Positions 17,455 to 26,442 of a stretch of DNA of 33,007 bases are shown here, piece by piece. Position 1 is the first letter of the stretch. The number at the start of each line of letters is the position of its first letter. The position numbers and the translations under genes are program-made. The DNA comes from Bacteroidia bacterium. Its GTDB lineage: Bacteria; Bacteroidota; Bacteroidia; SpSt-205. The stretch lies in assembly GCA_025060275.1 (NCBI GenBank), contig JANXCJ010000002.1, positions 1 through 33,007 of the forward strand. Reading direction: 5' to 3'. The notes beneath the pieces were generated by a model. That model saw only the letters and a program-made list of their open reading frames with translations, was not told the origin of the DNA and ran no database searches.

Positions 17455-18579
17455 GTGCTTTGGTCGTATGAGCTTCCTCCCGACCGGATAGCCCAATACC
17501 CAATAGAGCCCCGCCATGCAGCCCGCTTACTAATTTACAAGGGTGGTGAGATAGAGGAAAGTATATTTCTCCATCTGGCTGAATTCCTGCCTCGGGATAC
17601 AAGACTGTTCTATAACGATAGCCGAGTGATACCTGCTAGACTGCGAAAAGGCAACATAGAAGTCTTGCTCACAGAAGTTGTAGAGGGAGGATGGGATAGA
17701 GGCAGTCCCCAGCTCTGGAAAGGCCTCTTTCGGCCTGGGCGCTTCTGGAGAAAGGGTGGTGAAGCTTCGTGGGAGCAGGAAGGTTTGAGCTTATATATCC
17801 TCTGGGAGAAGGTAGCTAATCCAAGAGAAGGATACTTTAAGGCTATTTGGAAACCTTCTCACTTATCCGCTTTGGAGGTCTTAGAAAGATTTGGTATGCC
17901 CCCATTACCGCCGTATATAAAACGTTCAGTTGAAGCAGCCGATAAGGAAAGGTATCAAACTCTCCATGCCATTCACCCTGGTTCCATAGCCGCACCCACA
18001 GCGGGACTTCATTTTACTCCTGATGTTTGGCAAAGGCTGCGAGAAAAGGGCATTCAAAGCTTTCCTATTACCCTTCATGTGGGATTAGGAACTTTTCTGC
18101 CTCTTCAGAATCCTGAAATGCCTGAAAAGCATCCTATCCATGCGGAGTTCTTCAGCATAAGCGCAGCTTCTCTATCTTCTCTTATCACGGATGAAACACC
18201 GATTGTATGTGTAGGAACTACCACGCTCAGAGCCTTAGAAAGTCTATACTGGTTCGGTGTGAATGCTCTGCAGGGGAAATTTTCCTCTCACTTACCTCCC
18301 TTTCCTTGGAAGGAGGAGTACCCTCCCGCCCCTCTCAGGGAAGCCTTGCAGGCCCTCGTACCCTTTACTGCGACTACTCAGCTCTATATTCTACCTGGCT
18401 ATCCTTTCCAAGTAGCCTCTGGACTCATTACGAATTTTCATCTTCCTCAAAGCACTCTACTGGCTCTGGTGGAAGCTTTTATTGGGAGGGAAGGAATTGT
18501 AAAAGTTTATAATTATGCCTTAGAGAAAGGTTTCCGCTTTCTAAGTTATGGAGATACTTCCCTTTTGTGGCGCAAATGA
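17455..18579 (+). CDS. queA: S-adenosylmethionine:tRNA ribosyltransferase-isomerase
   Basis: YELPPDRIAQYP N-terminus, PPYI, AAPTAGLHFT and VGTTTLRALES motifs. Confidence 0.9.
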   Translation: MLWSYELPPDRIAQYPIEPRHAARLLIYKGGEIEESIFLHLAEFLPRDTRLFYNDSRVIPARLRKGNIEVLLTEVVEGGWDRGSPQLWKGLFRPGRFWRKGGEASWEQEGLSLYILWEKVANPREGYFKAIWKPSHLSALEVLERFGMPPLPPYIKRSVEAADKERYQTLHAIHPGSIAAPTAGLHFTPDVWQRLREKGIQSFPITLHVGLGTFLPLQNPEMPEKHPIHAEFFSISAASLSSLITDETPIVCVGTTTLRALESLYWFGVNALQGKFSSHLPPFPWKEEYPPAPLREALQALVPFTATTQLYILPGYPFQVASGLITNFHLPQSTLLALVEAFIGREGIVKVYNYALEKGFRFLSYGDTSLLWRK

Positions 18580-19898
18580 ATTGGATTATTCGTGAGGCGA
18601 GGATTTTGACTCCAGAGGGTGAAATAGAGGGTGATGCCTGGATAAAAGAAGGTCGCTGGACCTCTATAGGGCGCGTACCTTCTCGCGCCAAGGGATTTAC
18701 TTACTTAGCTAGGGGAGCCTACTTACTGCCGGGGCTTATAGATACTCATGTGCATTTCCGAGAGCCGGGGCTTACAGCCAAGGGTAACTTTTATACGGAG
18801 AGTAGAGCCGCTATTGCAGGGGGCGTAACGACAGTATTTGACATGCCTAATACCTTCCCTCCTACCACCACGATTGCTCGCTGGCAGGCTAAGTTCTCTG
18901 CTGTCCAAAACCGCAGTTGGACAAACTTTAGCCTCTATTTTGGGGCTACGGCTGAGAACCTCTCAGAAATCTATCAGCTTGATCCCCGGTGGGTACCAGG
19001 AGTCAAGATTTTCTTAGCATCCTCTACGGGCGAACTCCTCCTCACAGACGAAAGGATTGTAAAGAAGCTCCTTCAGGAAAGCCCTGTAAGGCTGATTTTT
19101 CACAGCGAGAAAGAAAGTGTCATTCAATCCTCTTTTGCTTTATGGGGAGGGTATGACTGGAAGGAGGTCCCTGATTTGCATACCAAGGTTCGTCCTATCC
19201 AAGCCTGTGTAGAAAGTACGGGCTGGCTTTTAGAAGAGGCCCGGAAGGGGAGTGTCCCTTTTCATATTCTTCATATAAGTACTGAAATGGAAGTAGAAAT
19301 GTTGCGCGCGCGTCCGCCATGGGTTTCTGCGGAGACTTGCCCTTCTTACCTTCAATGGAATGCTAACGATTTTTCAAGATATAGAAACTACCTCAAGTGT
19401 AATCCCTCTCTCAAATATGCCTCTGATCAGGAGGCCCTCTGGAATGGCTTAGTGGAGGGCATTTTAGAAGTAGTGGGAACTGATCATGCACCGCATCTCC
19501 TATCCGAAAAGCTTCTTCCTTATTCACAGGCGCCTAGTGGGATACCTTCTCAAGGGTATCTTTTACCTTGGTTATGGACTCTGGGTGAGCAGAGAGGACT
19601 TCCTGTCTCCTTCTGGATAGAGAAAATGGTCTATGCCCCGGCTCGCTTATGGAGACTTCGCGATAGGGGTCCCATACGAGAAGGCTACTGGGCTGATGCG
19701 GTAGTTTTTCGTCCAGAGTCTGAAACCTATATCCCTTCTAATGGCTCTCCCCTTCATTATAGTAAATGTCAGTGGAGCCCTCTGGAGGGGGAGAGTCTTA
19801 GAGGTCAAGTCGTCAGCGTATGGGTAAATGGAGAACTATGCTTTTGTGATGGCCAATTTCTAGGCTCACCCAATGGCATGGCGGTGGAGCTGGAGTAG
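18576..19898 (+). CDS. pyrC: dihydroorotase (amidohydrolase superfamily, allantoinase-like type)
   Basis: GLIDTHVHFREPG metal-binding motif and a late GTDHAPH motif. ATG 18576 forms an ATGA overlap with the queA stop; the ORF track opens at GTG 18567. Confidence 0.85.
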   Translation: MNWIIREARILTPEGEIEGDAWIKEGRWTSIGRVPSRAKGFTYLARGAYLLPGLIDTHVHFREPGLTAKGNFYTESRAAIAGGVTTVFDMPNTFPPTTTIARWQAKFSAVQNRSWTNFSLYFGATAENLSEIYQLDPRWVPGVKIFLASSTGELLLTDERIVKKLLQESPVRLIFHSEKESVIQSSFALWGGYDWKEVPDLHTKVRPIQACVESTGWLLEEARKGSVPFHILHISTEMEVEMLRARPPWVSAETCPSYLQWNANDFSRYRNYLKCNPSLKYASDQEALWNGLVEGILEVVGTDHAPHLLSEKLLPYSQAPSGIPSQGYLLPWLWTLGEQRGLPVSFWIEKMVYAPARLWRLRDRGPIREGYWADAVVFRPESETYIPSNGSPLHYSKCQWSPLEGESLRGQVVSVWVNGELCFCDGQFLGSPNGMAVELE

Positions 19899-22266
19899 TT
19901 TGATTTTTTTAGTGTGGGGGTGTTCCGCGAGCCGATTTCTTTCTCCTCAGGATCAATTAGTAGCTCGCGAACCCCTCTTGCGAGGTCATGTGATAGAAGA
20001 GACTCCTCCTCTCTACTTGCGTAGTAATAGTCGTACCTTAGGGATACGCCTGAGGCTGCAGCTGTACTGGGGAGGCGCACTCCTGCGTTACAGTCCTAAG
20101 CCTCCTTGGTACGTCTTTCGGCGTATGCCTAAAATCCGTTATTATACTTATAAGTTAGGTCAGCTTTTGCAAGAAAAATTAGGCGAGCCCCCCATGCTTG
20201 TCTCTCAGAGAGCTCTGGAACGAGATGTCAAGCTCTTAGAAGAGGCTTACCTTAGAGAAGGTTACTTCCAGGTAGCCGTACAAGCGCAAGTGAAGCCACT
20301 AAGTAAGTATGAGGCACAGGTTATATACCGAATTCGCCCGGGGCCTCGTTGGTATATCAGAGAATTGGATATAGAAGGGGAAGACTCTACCTTGGTAAGC
20401 TTAGCAGAGAGTTTTCTTCAAAGGCGGCTCTTACCTGTGAATGAGGCTTATAGTCTCAGGCGATTAGATGCCCTGCGGGAGGAAGTTCATCAAATGCTTC
20501 TATCAGAAGGATATTATAAGCTACCCCTAAGTCAGATTCTCTGGGAAGTAGATACTACTACTGAATTCTCTAATCTGAAGAAGCCGCGAGGGTTTCTGCG
20601 GAGGTGGATAGGAAAGGCGAAAGAGGACGCACCTACTTGCGTGGTGCGCTTGGTCCTTCCCTCAGGTTTTACTCGGTATCAGATGAGTACTACAGAAGTA
20701 GCTGTGCACACGCCTGAGCATCTTCCAACGTTAGAGTCAGTACATGGAAGCATACGCATCCTCACAGAGGGGAGGGCTCTCCGTATTATAGACCCTCGGG
20801 TATTTGTTAGTCGTATTTATTTACCCAGCCAAGGTTACTACGATCAGCGAGCCATTCAAAGCTCTCAGCGAGGATTACAGAGTTTGGAGATTGTTCAGTG
20901 GGTGGCACCTTCTCTGCAAGAGGATAGTGTGCAGTCTTTGCGTACTCGCTATGATATTCTGCTTCGTCCCCCCATAGAAGTTGTATGGAGTGTGGAGGGA
21001 TTTCAATCTACTCAGCCGTTGGTTGGTAGCCTGCCGCTTCCCGGAGCGAGCATGACAGGGCGCTTTTCGCATATTTCGCTTTTTCGGCGTGGTCTATCCT
21101 TTCGCATAAGGGGACAAGCTGCCATTAGCTACTTCCGTCGCCGTCCAGAAGAGCCCCTCTTACCTCTCCATAACTTGGGTGGAGAACTCTCTCTTACTAT
21201 TCCCGAAGGCTCTCTCCAATTGCGCCAGGCTTCTGCTCGCTTGCTTTCCTCTACCATACGAAGTATTACCCATGTGATCACCGCCTCTTATCAAGATATT
21301 CGGCAAGTGGATTTTTCCCGGCGCTATATCAATTTTTCCTGGAGTCGTCAGACTCGCTTTCTATTTCAAGATAAAAGGCAAGAGGAGCAGACTTGGACTC
21401 CGCTGGGCTTGACTTTTGTGGATAGCCGTTTCTCTGACTTTTTCTTAGGTCAGATAGACGCCCTTTCTCCTCAGGTACGCTCGCTCATCCTGAGAGACTA
21501 TCTTCCGCGCTTGACCCAGATAACTGCCTGGCAAGTTTCTTCTAATAGAAACTACTTCTCAGGGGGCGCACGCCGTAGAGGTGACTATTCTTCCCTTTTG
21601 ATAGAGCTGGGGGGGTGGGTTCCTTTCTTCTTAGAGCATTTTCTTGTATTGTCTCGTCCGCAGTGGGATAGTACTTACCAGGATAATATGCTTCTAAACA
21701 GGTTTCGTTACGGAGTCTTTATCAGAGTATTAGCAGAGGGGCGGCTGCGGCTTAGGCTCATCTCTCCTCGTCAGCAGCTTTTTGTGCGGTCTCGAGTGGG
21801 ACTAGCGCAAGGAGGATTTTACACTTTGGATGTGCCTTTTGAGAATCGTTTTTTTGTAGGGGGACCTAATAGCATGCGCGCATGGCAATTTGGCGCATTA
21901 GGCCCTGGGAGATATACCTATACGCAGAATCTTTTCCTTATCCCGGGAGGCACATTTTTGTTAGAGGCAAATGCAGAGATTCGCCAAACACTTTTTAGGG
22001 GTATTCAGCTGGCGCCATTCATAGATGTAGGGAATGTCTGGTTTCTAACAGATACTTACTTTGAAGATGCAAGGGGCATATTCGGAAAAAGCCCCTGGCC
22101 AGGAATCGGACTAGGGATAGGACTAAGATGGGATTTTTCGGTGTTGGTGATCCGCCTGGATGTGGCTCAGCAGGTATTTGATCCTGCTGGTGGGTGGGTG
22201 CTGAGGAACTTTCCCGTAGGCGGCATCCGAAGTCAGTATGTATTTGCGGTAGGATATCCTTTTTGA
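19873..22266 (+). CDS. Omp85-superfamily outer membrane protein with lipoprotein-type signal (TamL/BamA-TamA-like)
   Basis: N-terminus MAWRWSWSSLIFLVWGC has a lipobox-like Cys. POTRA-like segments follow. The C-terminal barrel carries FFVGGPNSMRAWQFGALGPG (the Omp85 FxxGGxxxxRG-type motif) and ends in Phe (GYPF). Confidence 0.75.
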   Translation: MAWRWSWSSLIFLVWGCSASRFLSPQDQLVAREPLLRGHVIEETPPLYLRSNSRTLGIRLRLQLYWGGALLRYSPKPPWYVFRRMPKIRYYTYKLGQLLQEKLGEPPMLVSQRALERDVKLLEEAYLREGYFQVAVQAQVKPLSKYEAQVIYRIRPGPRWYIRELDIEGEDSTLVSLAESFLQRRLLPVNEAYSLRRLDALREEVHQMLLSEGYYKLPLSQILWEVDTTTEFSNLKKPRGFLRRWIGKAKEDAPTCVVRLVLPSGFTRYQMSTTEVAVHTPEHLPTLESVHGSIRILTEGRALRIIDPRVFVSRIYLPSQGYYDQRAIQSSQRGLQSLEIVQWVAPSLQEDSVQSLRTRYDILLRPPIEVVWSVEGFQSTQPLVGSLPLPGASMTGRFSHISLFRRGLSFRIRGQAAISYFRRRPEEPLLPLHNLGGELSLTIPEGSLQLRQASARLLSSTIRSITHVITASYQDIRQVDFSRRYINFSWSRQTRFLFQDKRQEEQTWTPLGLTFVDSRFSDFFLGQIDALSPQVRSLILRDYLPRLTQITAWQVSSNRNYFSGGARRRGDYSSLLIELGGWVPFFLEHFLVLSRPQWDSTYQDNMLLNRFRYGVFIRVLAEGRLRLRLISPRQQLFVRSRVGLAQGGFYTLDVPFENRFFVGGPNSMRAWQFGALGPGRYTYTQNLFLIPGGTFLLEANAEIRQTLFRGIQLAPFIDVGNVWFLTDTYFEDARGIFGKSPWPGIGLGIGLRWDFSVLVIRLDVAQQVFDPAGGWVLRNFPVGGIRSQYVFAVGYPF

Positions 22267-22518
22267 TGGGGGTTATCTATGTAAGGGGCAGTAGAAAGGG
22301 TGAGATAAAAGTTACAGGATCAAAAAGAAATATACAGCAGGTGGTAAGCTTGAAGGAAGGAAGGAAAAACGCTCGGTAAAAACATCGCTGAGTAGGGTAA
22401 GAACTTGCTCGGAGATAGAGTTGGGGGGACGCAGGTAGGATAGATTGTTTAGCGAGGTGTGAAAGCTGAGTAATGATATGGAGCCTAAGGGTGTGCTACT
22501 AATGGATTAGATTTTTTC

Positions 22519-25500
22519 TCATCTTAGTAATGTTACAGTGCCTGAGCGGGTAAAAGTAGTGCCATTAGGTAACCTTGCGGTTATTTTATAGGTGTAGGCG
22601 CCCTCAGGACATTCGGCTCCATCCCTTTTGCGTCCGTCCCATATGCGCGTGTTATTCCCTTCAAAGATCAAATTACCCCACCGGTCATACACCCATACCT
22701 CATAGGTAAGATTAGCTCTTATGAGCCAGGTATCATTGATACCGTCTCCATTTGGGGTAAAGACATTCGGAATGAAGATGTCTAACCCCTGCTCAATCGT
22801 AACAGAGCCGCGAGCTGTGTCAGCACACCCTTCTGCATTCTGAGCGACTAAGGTTACAGTGTAAGTTCCTGGCTGAGGGAAATCTACTGGCCCTGGGTTT
22901 TGGGCGGTGGAGGTTTGCCCATTTCCAAAGTCCCAGAAGTAGGAGGTAGCACCTTGGGACTGGTTATTGAAGGTTACTTGGGTGTTAGGTTGTGTCTGAG
23001 TTACTTGTGTAGGGGTAAAAGCCGCGGTAGGACGAGGATGGGCTACGATACTGACCCGAGCTGTATCTCGGCATCCGTCGCTGCTTACCGCCACTAACTC
23101 TAAATTATAATTCCCTGGCTGCGAGTAAGTATGAGTAGGAGCGTTTTGATTGGGAAGGGTGTCTCTTATTCCATCACCCCATACCCAGATATATATTACA
23201 TTCACCGCTCCAGCTGGGTCAGAAGTGTTTTGAGGATTTATAGTAAATGGGACACATCCTCTGGTAATAGGGAGGTCTATTTGAGCATTAGGGCGGCGGT
23301 TTATGGTAACCTGCTGTTGTACAGTGGTACTACATACTCGGTTATGACTCCATGCCGTAAGAGTCACAGTATAGGTGCCTGAGGTTGCATATACATGCTG
23401 GGGTCCGGGTGCCGTGCTTGTGGTACCATCTCCAAAATCCCACTGCCAGCTATATCCATCAGTTCCTATATCTGCAAACTGTACAGGCTGGTTTTCACAA
23501 GCTGCACTGAGAACTGCGATTTGAGGGGAAGGGGTGCGATATATCCGAATGTAGTGCACTTTTTCCACGGGAACCCATGTAGCCCCATAGCGAGCACTAA
23601 GTCTGACAGTGTAGAAACCTACTTGTGTATATGTGTGCTGAATAGGATTCTGGGTAGTATTGAGGATAGGCGTGCCGTCTCCAAAGTCCCACCGATACTC
23701 GTCAGCTGGAGGTGTAGCTGTAAAGGTTACTGTAAGCTGATCACATCCCTCTTGAGTATTGGCGTTGAAGTCAGCCGTGGGTGGGGGGGAAGCAGCGATA
23801 TTTACTACTACAGGACAGGAAGCGGCACATCCATTAGCATCTCTCAGAGTGATAGTGGCATTATAGGTGCCTGCACCTCCATAGTTTGCTGACTCTGTGA
23901 TGGGAAGAGTAGAGGCTTGTCCCGTTAGCGTGAAGTTATTCCCTAAATCAATTTCATAGGTGAAAGGAGGAGTTAGCTGGTTGGCATTAGCTGCATCAAT
24001 ACTGAAGGTAATAGGTGCTCCCAAGTAGCCTTGTAATGGGGAGGAACAGACAAGCTGAGGTTTGGGATAAACGGTGAGCGTAACGGAGTTGGTAGTAGTA
24101 GGTGTATTGCTAATGCAGGGCAGGCTAGAACTTACAATCACTTCGTAGGTATCCCCAGATTGGGGATTGGTTTCAGTATAGTTAGGAGCATTGGGTGCGC
24201 CAAGGAGGGGAGCTCCATTTTTGCGCCAGACAAAGTTAGGGGAAGGACCCAGGTTCCCTCCTACTACTGTAAGAGTTACGGGTTCTCCTTCGCATACAGC
24301 TGGGGGCGAAGCGATAAGTTGAGCACTCATCGTCTGTTGAGGAATAACCTGAATTTGTAGAGAGTCCCAGAGAGACCATCCGCAGCACTGAGAACGAACC
24401 CTTAGATAGACCATGTAAGTGCCAGGTTGGGTTAGGGCAGGGGTAGTGTAGGAAGAAGCGCCAGGAGCGGAAAGGTTAGCCGATATAGGACCTGTAAGTC
24501 TCCAGTGGTACTCTAGGATAGGCCAATTCTCTGGATTTGTAAGATTAGCTTGTAAAAGAGCTGTGCTATTTACGCATATCGGCCCTAGGGTAACTAGTTG
24601 AATATCAGGAATTACCCCTTGGCGCATCGGAGAAGCAAATAGAGTATAACGATAGGGAATGCTATTGACTCGCAGGAGGATAGTGTGGAACCCTGTGGTG
24701 GTAAAGAAGGTAGTGGCATTAGGACCGTACCCAAAAATAGGTTGAGCATTACTACCAAATCCCCACTCATACTGTGTGAGCGGGTCTGGGTTTTCTACGG
24801 AGAAGGTTACTTCTGAGTAGCTGCACACGAGCCCCTCTACACGAATGGGAGGCTCTGTGGGAACATAGCTATTGACAAGGGTAGCAGGTTGCCCTGTAAG
24901 ATTTTGATAAAATGGTTGAGCAATACCATCTGCTCCATCGCCTCCCCGTCCGCCTCTACCCCCATTTCCGCCTTTACCTCCATTTCCTCCCCAGCCTCCT
25001 TGACAGCCTGCTCCACAGTTATTAGAAGGAAGTGGAGGAGAGCCGCAAAATCTCTGGCAAGGGGGACCTATCCAGCCACCGCCACATCCTCCTAGTCCAC
25101 CTTGACCTCCCAGTCCGCCAGCCGACCCAGGCGCACCTTCACCTGCTTGCCCCACACTAAGAGGACAATCCCGAATAACTCCATTGGTCCCATTATTCCA
25201 GAGAAAAACAGCGAAGGCGCCTCCGCCGCCCCCACCGCCTTGTCCTCCATGTCCTCCTTCTCCTCCTTCACCGCCACCGCCGCCTCCTCCCCCAGAGCTA
25301 TTAGTATATCCATCGTCTATGCGGATGCATAGTATGTCATAGGGAATGCCCCCCAAGGCACCGCCGCCACCGCCGCCTCCTCCCCCAGAGCCATGTTCGC
25401 CTGGTTGCCCATTTTGTCCGTCTCCGGGGATGAACCACCCTCCTGAAAAGGAGGGAATACCCGGCTGCCCATCATTTCCGTCTCTTCCATTTGCGCCATC

Positions 25501-26439
25501 AGTGCCGTTCTGTCCTCCTCTTAGGGGGTCGTCTGATGGGCATCCTCCTAATGCACCTATGAAGCCAGCTGCATCCCCGAAATTAGCGCATATGTTTTGG
25601 CCTTGTCCTCCGTTACCTCCTAACCCTACAGGTTGTCCTCCGATGGAGGTATTTCCGTTTTGTCCTATGCTTCCTGAGGGAGCCGACGCACCATTACAAA
25701 AATCTAAGTCTAAACATCCGGCTGGGCCGCGTCCTAATCCCATGGGGGCGCCATTGCCTCCGTTCCCACCTGCTTGAGTACCTCCTGACCAGCTACTTCC
25801 ACCTGCTCCGCCGTCATTATTGGGATCATCTACACCAGGCTGACATTGCCTGCATCCATCTTCTCCCCGTGCTCCCGGTGCCCCATCTCGTCCATTCTGT
25901 ACGGGGTCCCCTGGTTTGCCATCCGTTGCATTTCCCGCATGGATTCGGCAGCGTACAATTTGATAATTAGAACATCCATTCAGGTAGAGACCGTATGTTG
26001 AGCAGCCTGGGCCGTCGGCTGTATAGCTAGCATTCTCTACCTCTATATAAAGGTCGTGAAGTTCAAAACCTGACTTGTTTATCGCCTGTACGGCTACGAG
26101 TCTGCAGGGATTTAGTTCAGGGCTACCGCTCAAGCGGCGTAAGCGACTGATTCCGTTATTCCTTTTTATAGGAGAGGTAGGGTTAGATAGGTCAAAACCC
26201 CCTTCCAAGATAATGTTGTCTTCCAGCGAAAGGGGGTTAGTGAGATGGTAATCGCCGATTGCTAAGCGAATGTGTTTTACGGGACCAGCGCCTGCTTGTG
26301 CGATAGCAGCCGAAAGCGAGAGAGGATCAGCTGGGGTACCAGCTGCGCCCGGTGTACCTGTGGGAGATACGTAGAGATACCCACATTGCTGAGAATACAG
26401 CCATGCGCATAATGCCCAAAGACTCAGATATTTATGCAT
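22519..26439 (-). CDS. giant secreted glycine-rich PKD-repeat protein with T9SS type B C-terminal sorting domain (paralog B)
   Basis: 1306 aa with signal peptide MHKYLSLWALCAWLYS-QQ. A conserved N-terminal domain is followed by a roughly 340-aa Gly-rich module and multiple PKD/Ig units (WDFGDG, WDFGNG, WVWGDG). The C-terminus FIPNVFTPNGDGINDTW...DRWGNLIF...WDGR...GAYTYKI...TVTLLR is a gliding-motility-type CTD. Confidence 0.9.
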   Translation of the reverse strand: MHKYLSLWALCAWLYSQQCGYLYVSPTGTPGAAGTPADPLSLSAAIAQAGAGPVKHIRLAIGDYHLTNPLSLEDNIILEGGFDLSNPTSPIKRNNGISRLRRLSGSPELNPCRLVAVQAINKSGFELHDLYIEVENASYTADGPGCSTYGLYLNGCSNYQIVRCRIHAGNATDGKPGDPVQNGRDGAPGARGEDGCRQCQPGVDDPNNDGGAGGSSWSGGTQAGGNGGNGAPMGLGRGPAGCLDLDFCNGASAPSGSIGQNGNTSIGGQPVGLGGNGGQGQNICANFGDAAGFIGALGGCPSDDPLRGGQNGTDGANGRDGNDGQPGIPSFSGGWFIPGDGQNGQPGEHGSGGGGGGGGGALGGIPYDILCIRIDDGYTNSSGGGGGGGGEGGEGGHGGQGGGGGGGAFAVFLWNNGTNGVIRDCPLSVGQAGEGAPGSAGGLGGQGGLGGCGGGWIGPPCQRFCGSPPLPSNNCGAGCQGGWGGNGGKGGNGGRGGRGGDGADGIAQPFYQNLTGQPATLVNSYVPTEPPIRVEGLVCSYSEVTFSVENPDPLTQYEWGFGSNAQPIFGYGPNATTFFTTTGFHTILLRVNSIPYRYTLFASPMRQGVIPDIQLVTLGPICVNSTALLQANLTNPENWPILEYHWRLTGPISANLSAPGASSYTTPALTQPGTYMVYLRVRSQCCGWSLWDSLQIQVIPQQTMSAQLIASPPAVCEGEPVTLTVVGGNLGPSPNFVWRKNGAPLLGAPNAPNYTETNPQSGDTYEVIVSSSLPCISNTPTTTNSVTLTVYPKPQLVCSSPLQGYLGAPITFSIDAANANQLTPPFTYEIDLGNNFTLTGQASTLPITESANYGGAGTYNATITLRDANGCAASCPVVVNIAASPPPTADFNANTQEGCDQLTVTFTATPPADEYRWDFGDGTPILNTTQNPIQHTYTQVGFYTVRLSARYGATWVPVEKVHYIRIYRTPSPQIAVLSAACENQPVQFADIGTDGYSWQWDFGDGTTSTAPGPQHVYATSGTYTVTLTAWSHNRVCSTTVQQQVTINRRPNAQIDLPITRGCVPFTINPQNTSDPAGAVNVIYIWVWGDGIRDTLPNQNAPTHTYSQPGNYNLELVAVSSDGCRDTARVSIVAHPRPTAAFTPTQVTQTQPNTQVTFNNQSQGATSYFWDFGNGQTSTAQNPGPVDFPQPGTYTVTLVAQNAEGCADTARGSVTIEQGLDIFIPNVFTPNGDGINDTWLIRANLTYEVWVYDRWGNLIFEGNNTRIWDGRKRDGAECPEGAYTYKITARLPNGTTFTRSGTVTLLR
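22522..22788 (-). other. region encoding a T9SS type B CTD (gliding motility-associated C-terminal domain, TIGR04131-like)
   Basis: PNVFTPNGDGINDTW, YDRWGN, WDG and GxYxY motifs in the order typical of the family. Confidence 0.85.
22789..24924 (-). repeat. array of PKD / Ig-like domains in paralog B (about seven units)
   Basis: Recurrent units of roughly 80-90 aa carry W-x-FGDG-type cores followed by H.Y...G.Y.V.L. One unit is an Ig-like domain, VCEGEPVTLTV...TLTVYPKP. Confidence 0.75.
24925..25940 (-). other. glycine-rich module of paralog B (collagen-like GXY runs, Gly9/Gly8/Gly7 tracts, conserved Cys)
   Basis: Seven GXY triplets (GQNGTDGANGRDGNDGQPGIP). Also HGSGGGGGGGGGALGG and GGGGGGGGEGGEGGHGGQGGGGGGGAFAVFLWNNG. 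The C-rich plus strand gives a stop-free antisense Pro-rich ORF. Confidence 0.8.
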
Positions 26440-26442
26440 AAC

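Noticed and set aside
22267-22518. Possible tRNA, small RNA, terminator or small ORF in the convergent gap after paralog B
   Set aside because: No T-loop-like GTTCRANNC with flanking stems, no stable hairpin plus T-tract and no TAnnTTTG box is visible by eye. The 61-aa ORF at 22194..22379 overlaps the Omp85 3' end and looks spurious.
23395-23892. 165-aa plus-strand ORF, plus several 60-85 aa ORFs inside the PKD arrays
   Set aside because: They are antisense to well-supported PKD-repeat coding sequence and have no recognisable features.
25346-25777. 143-aa proline-rich ORF on the plus strand (MPPKAPPPPPPPPPEP...), with a counterpart of 144 aa at 28373..28807
   Set aside because: Both are exact antisense shadows of the glycine-rich modules. 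GGN codons read as NCC on the opposite strand, giving Pro/Ala/Ser-rich, stop-free frames. Their presence in both paralogs follows automatically from the shared Gly-rich coding sequence.
24925-25940. Glycine tracts as slipped-strand phase-variation or contingency repeats
   Set aside because: The Gly9 and Gly7 tracts are encoded by mixed GGN codons (for example ggaggaggcggcggtggcggcggt), not by a homopolymer or a perfect short tandem repeat. Slippage-based switching is therefore unlikely.
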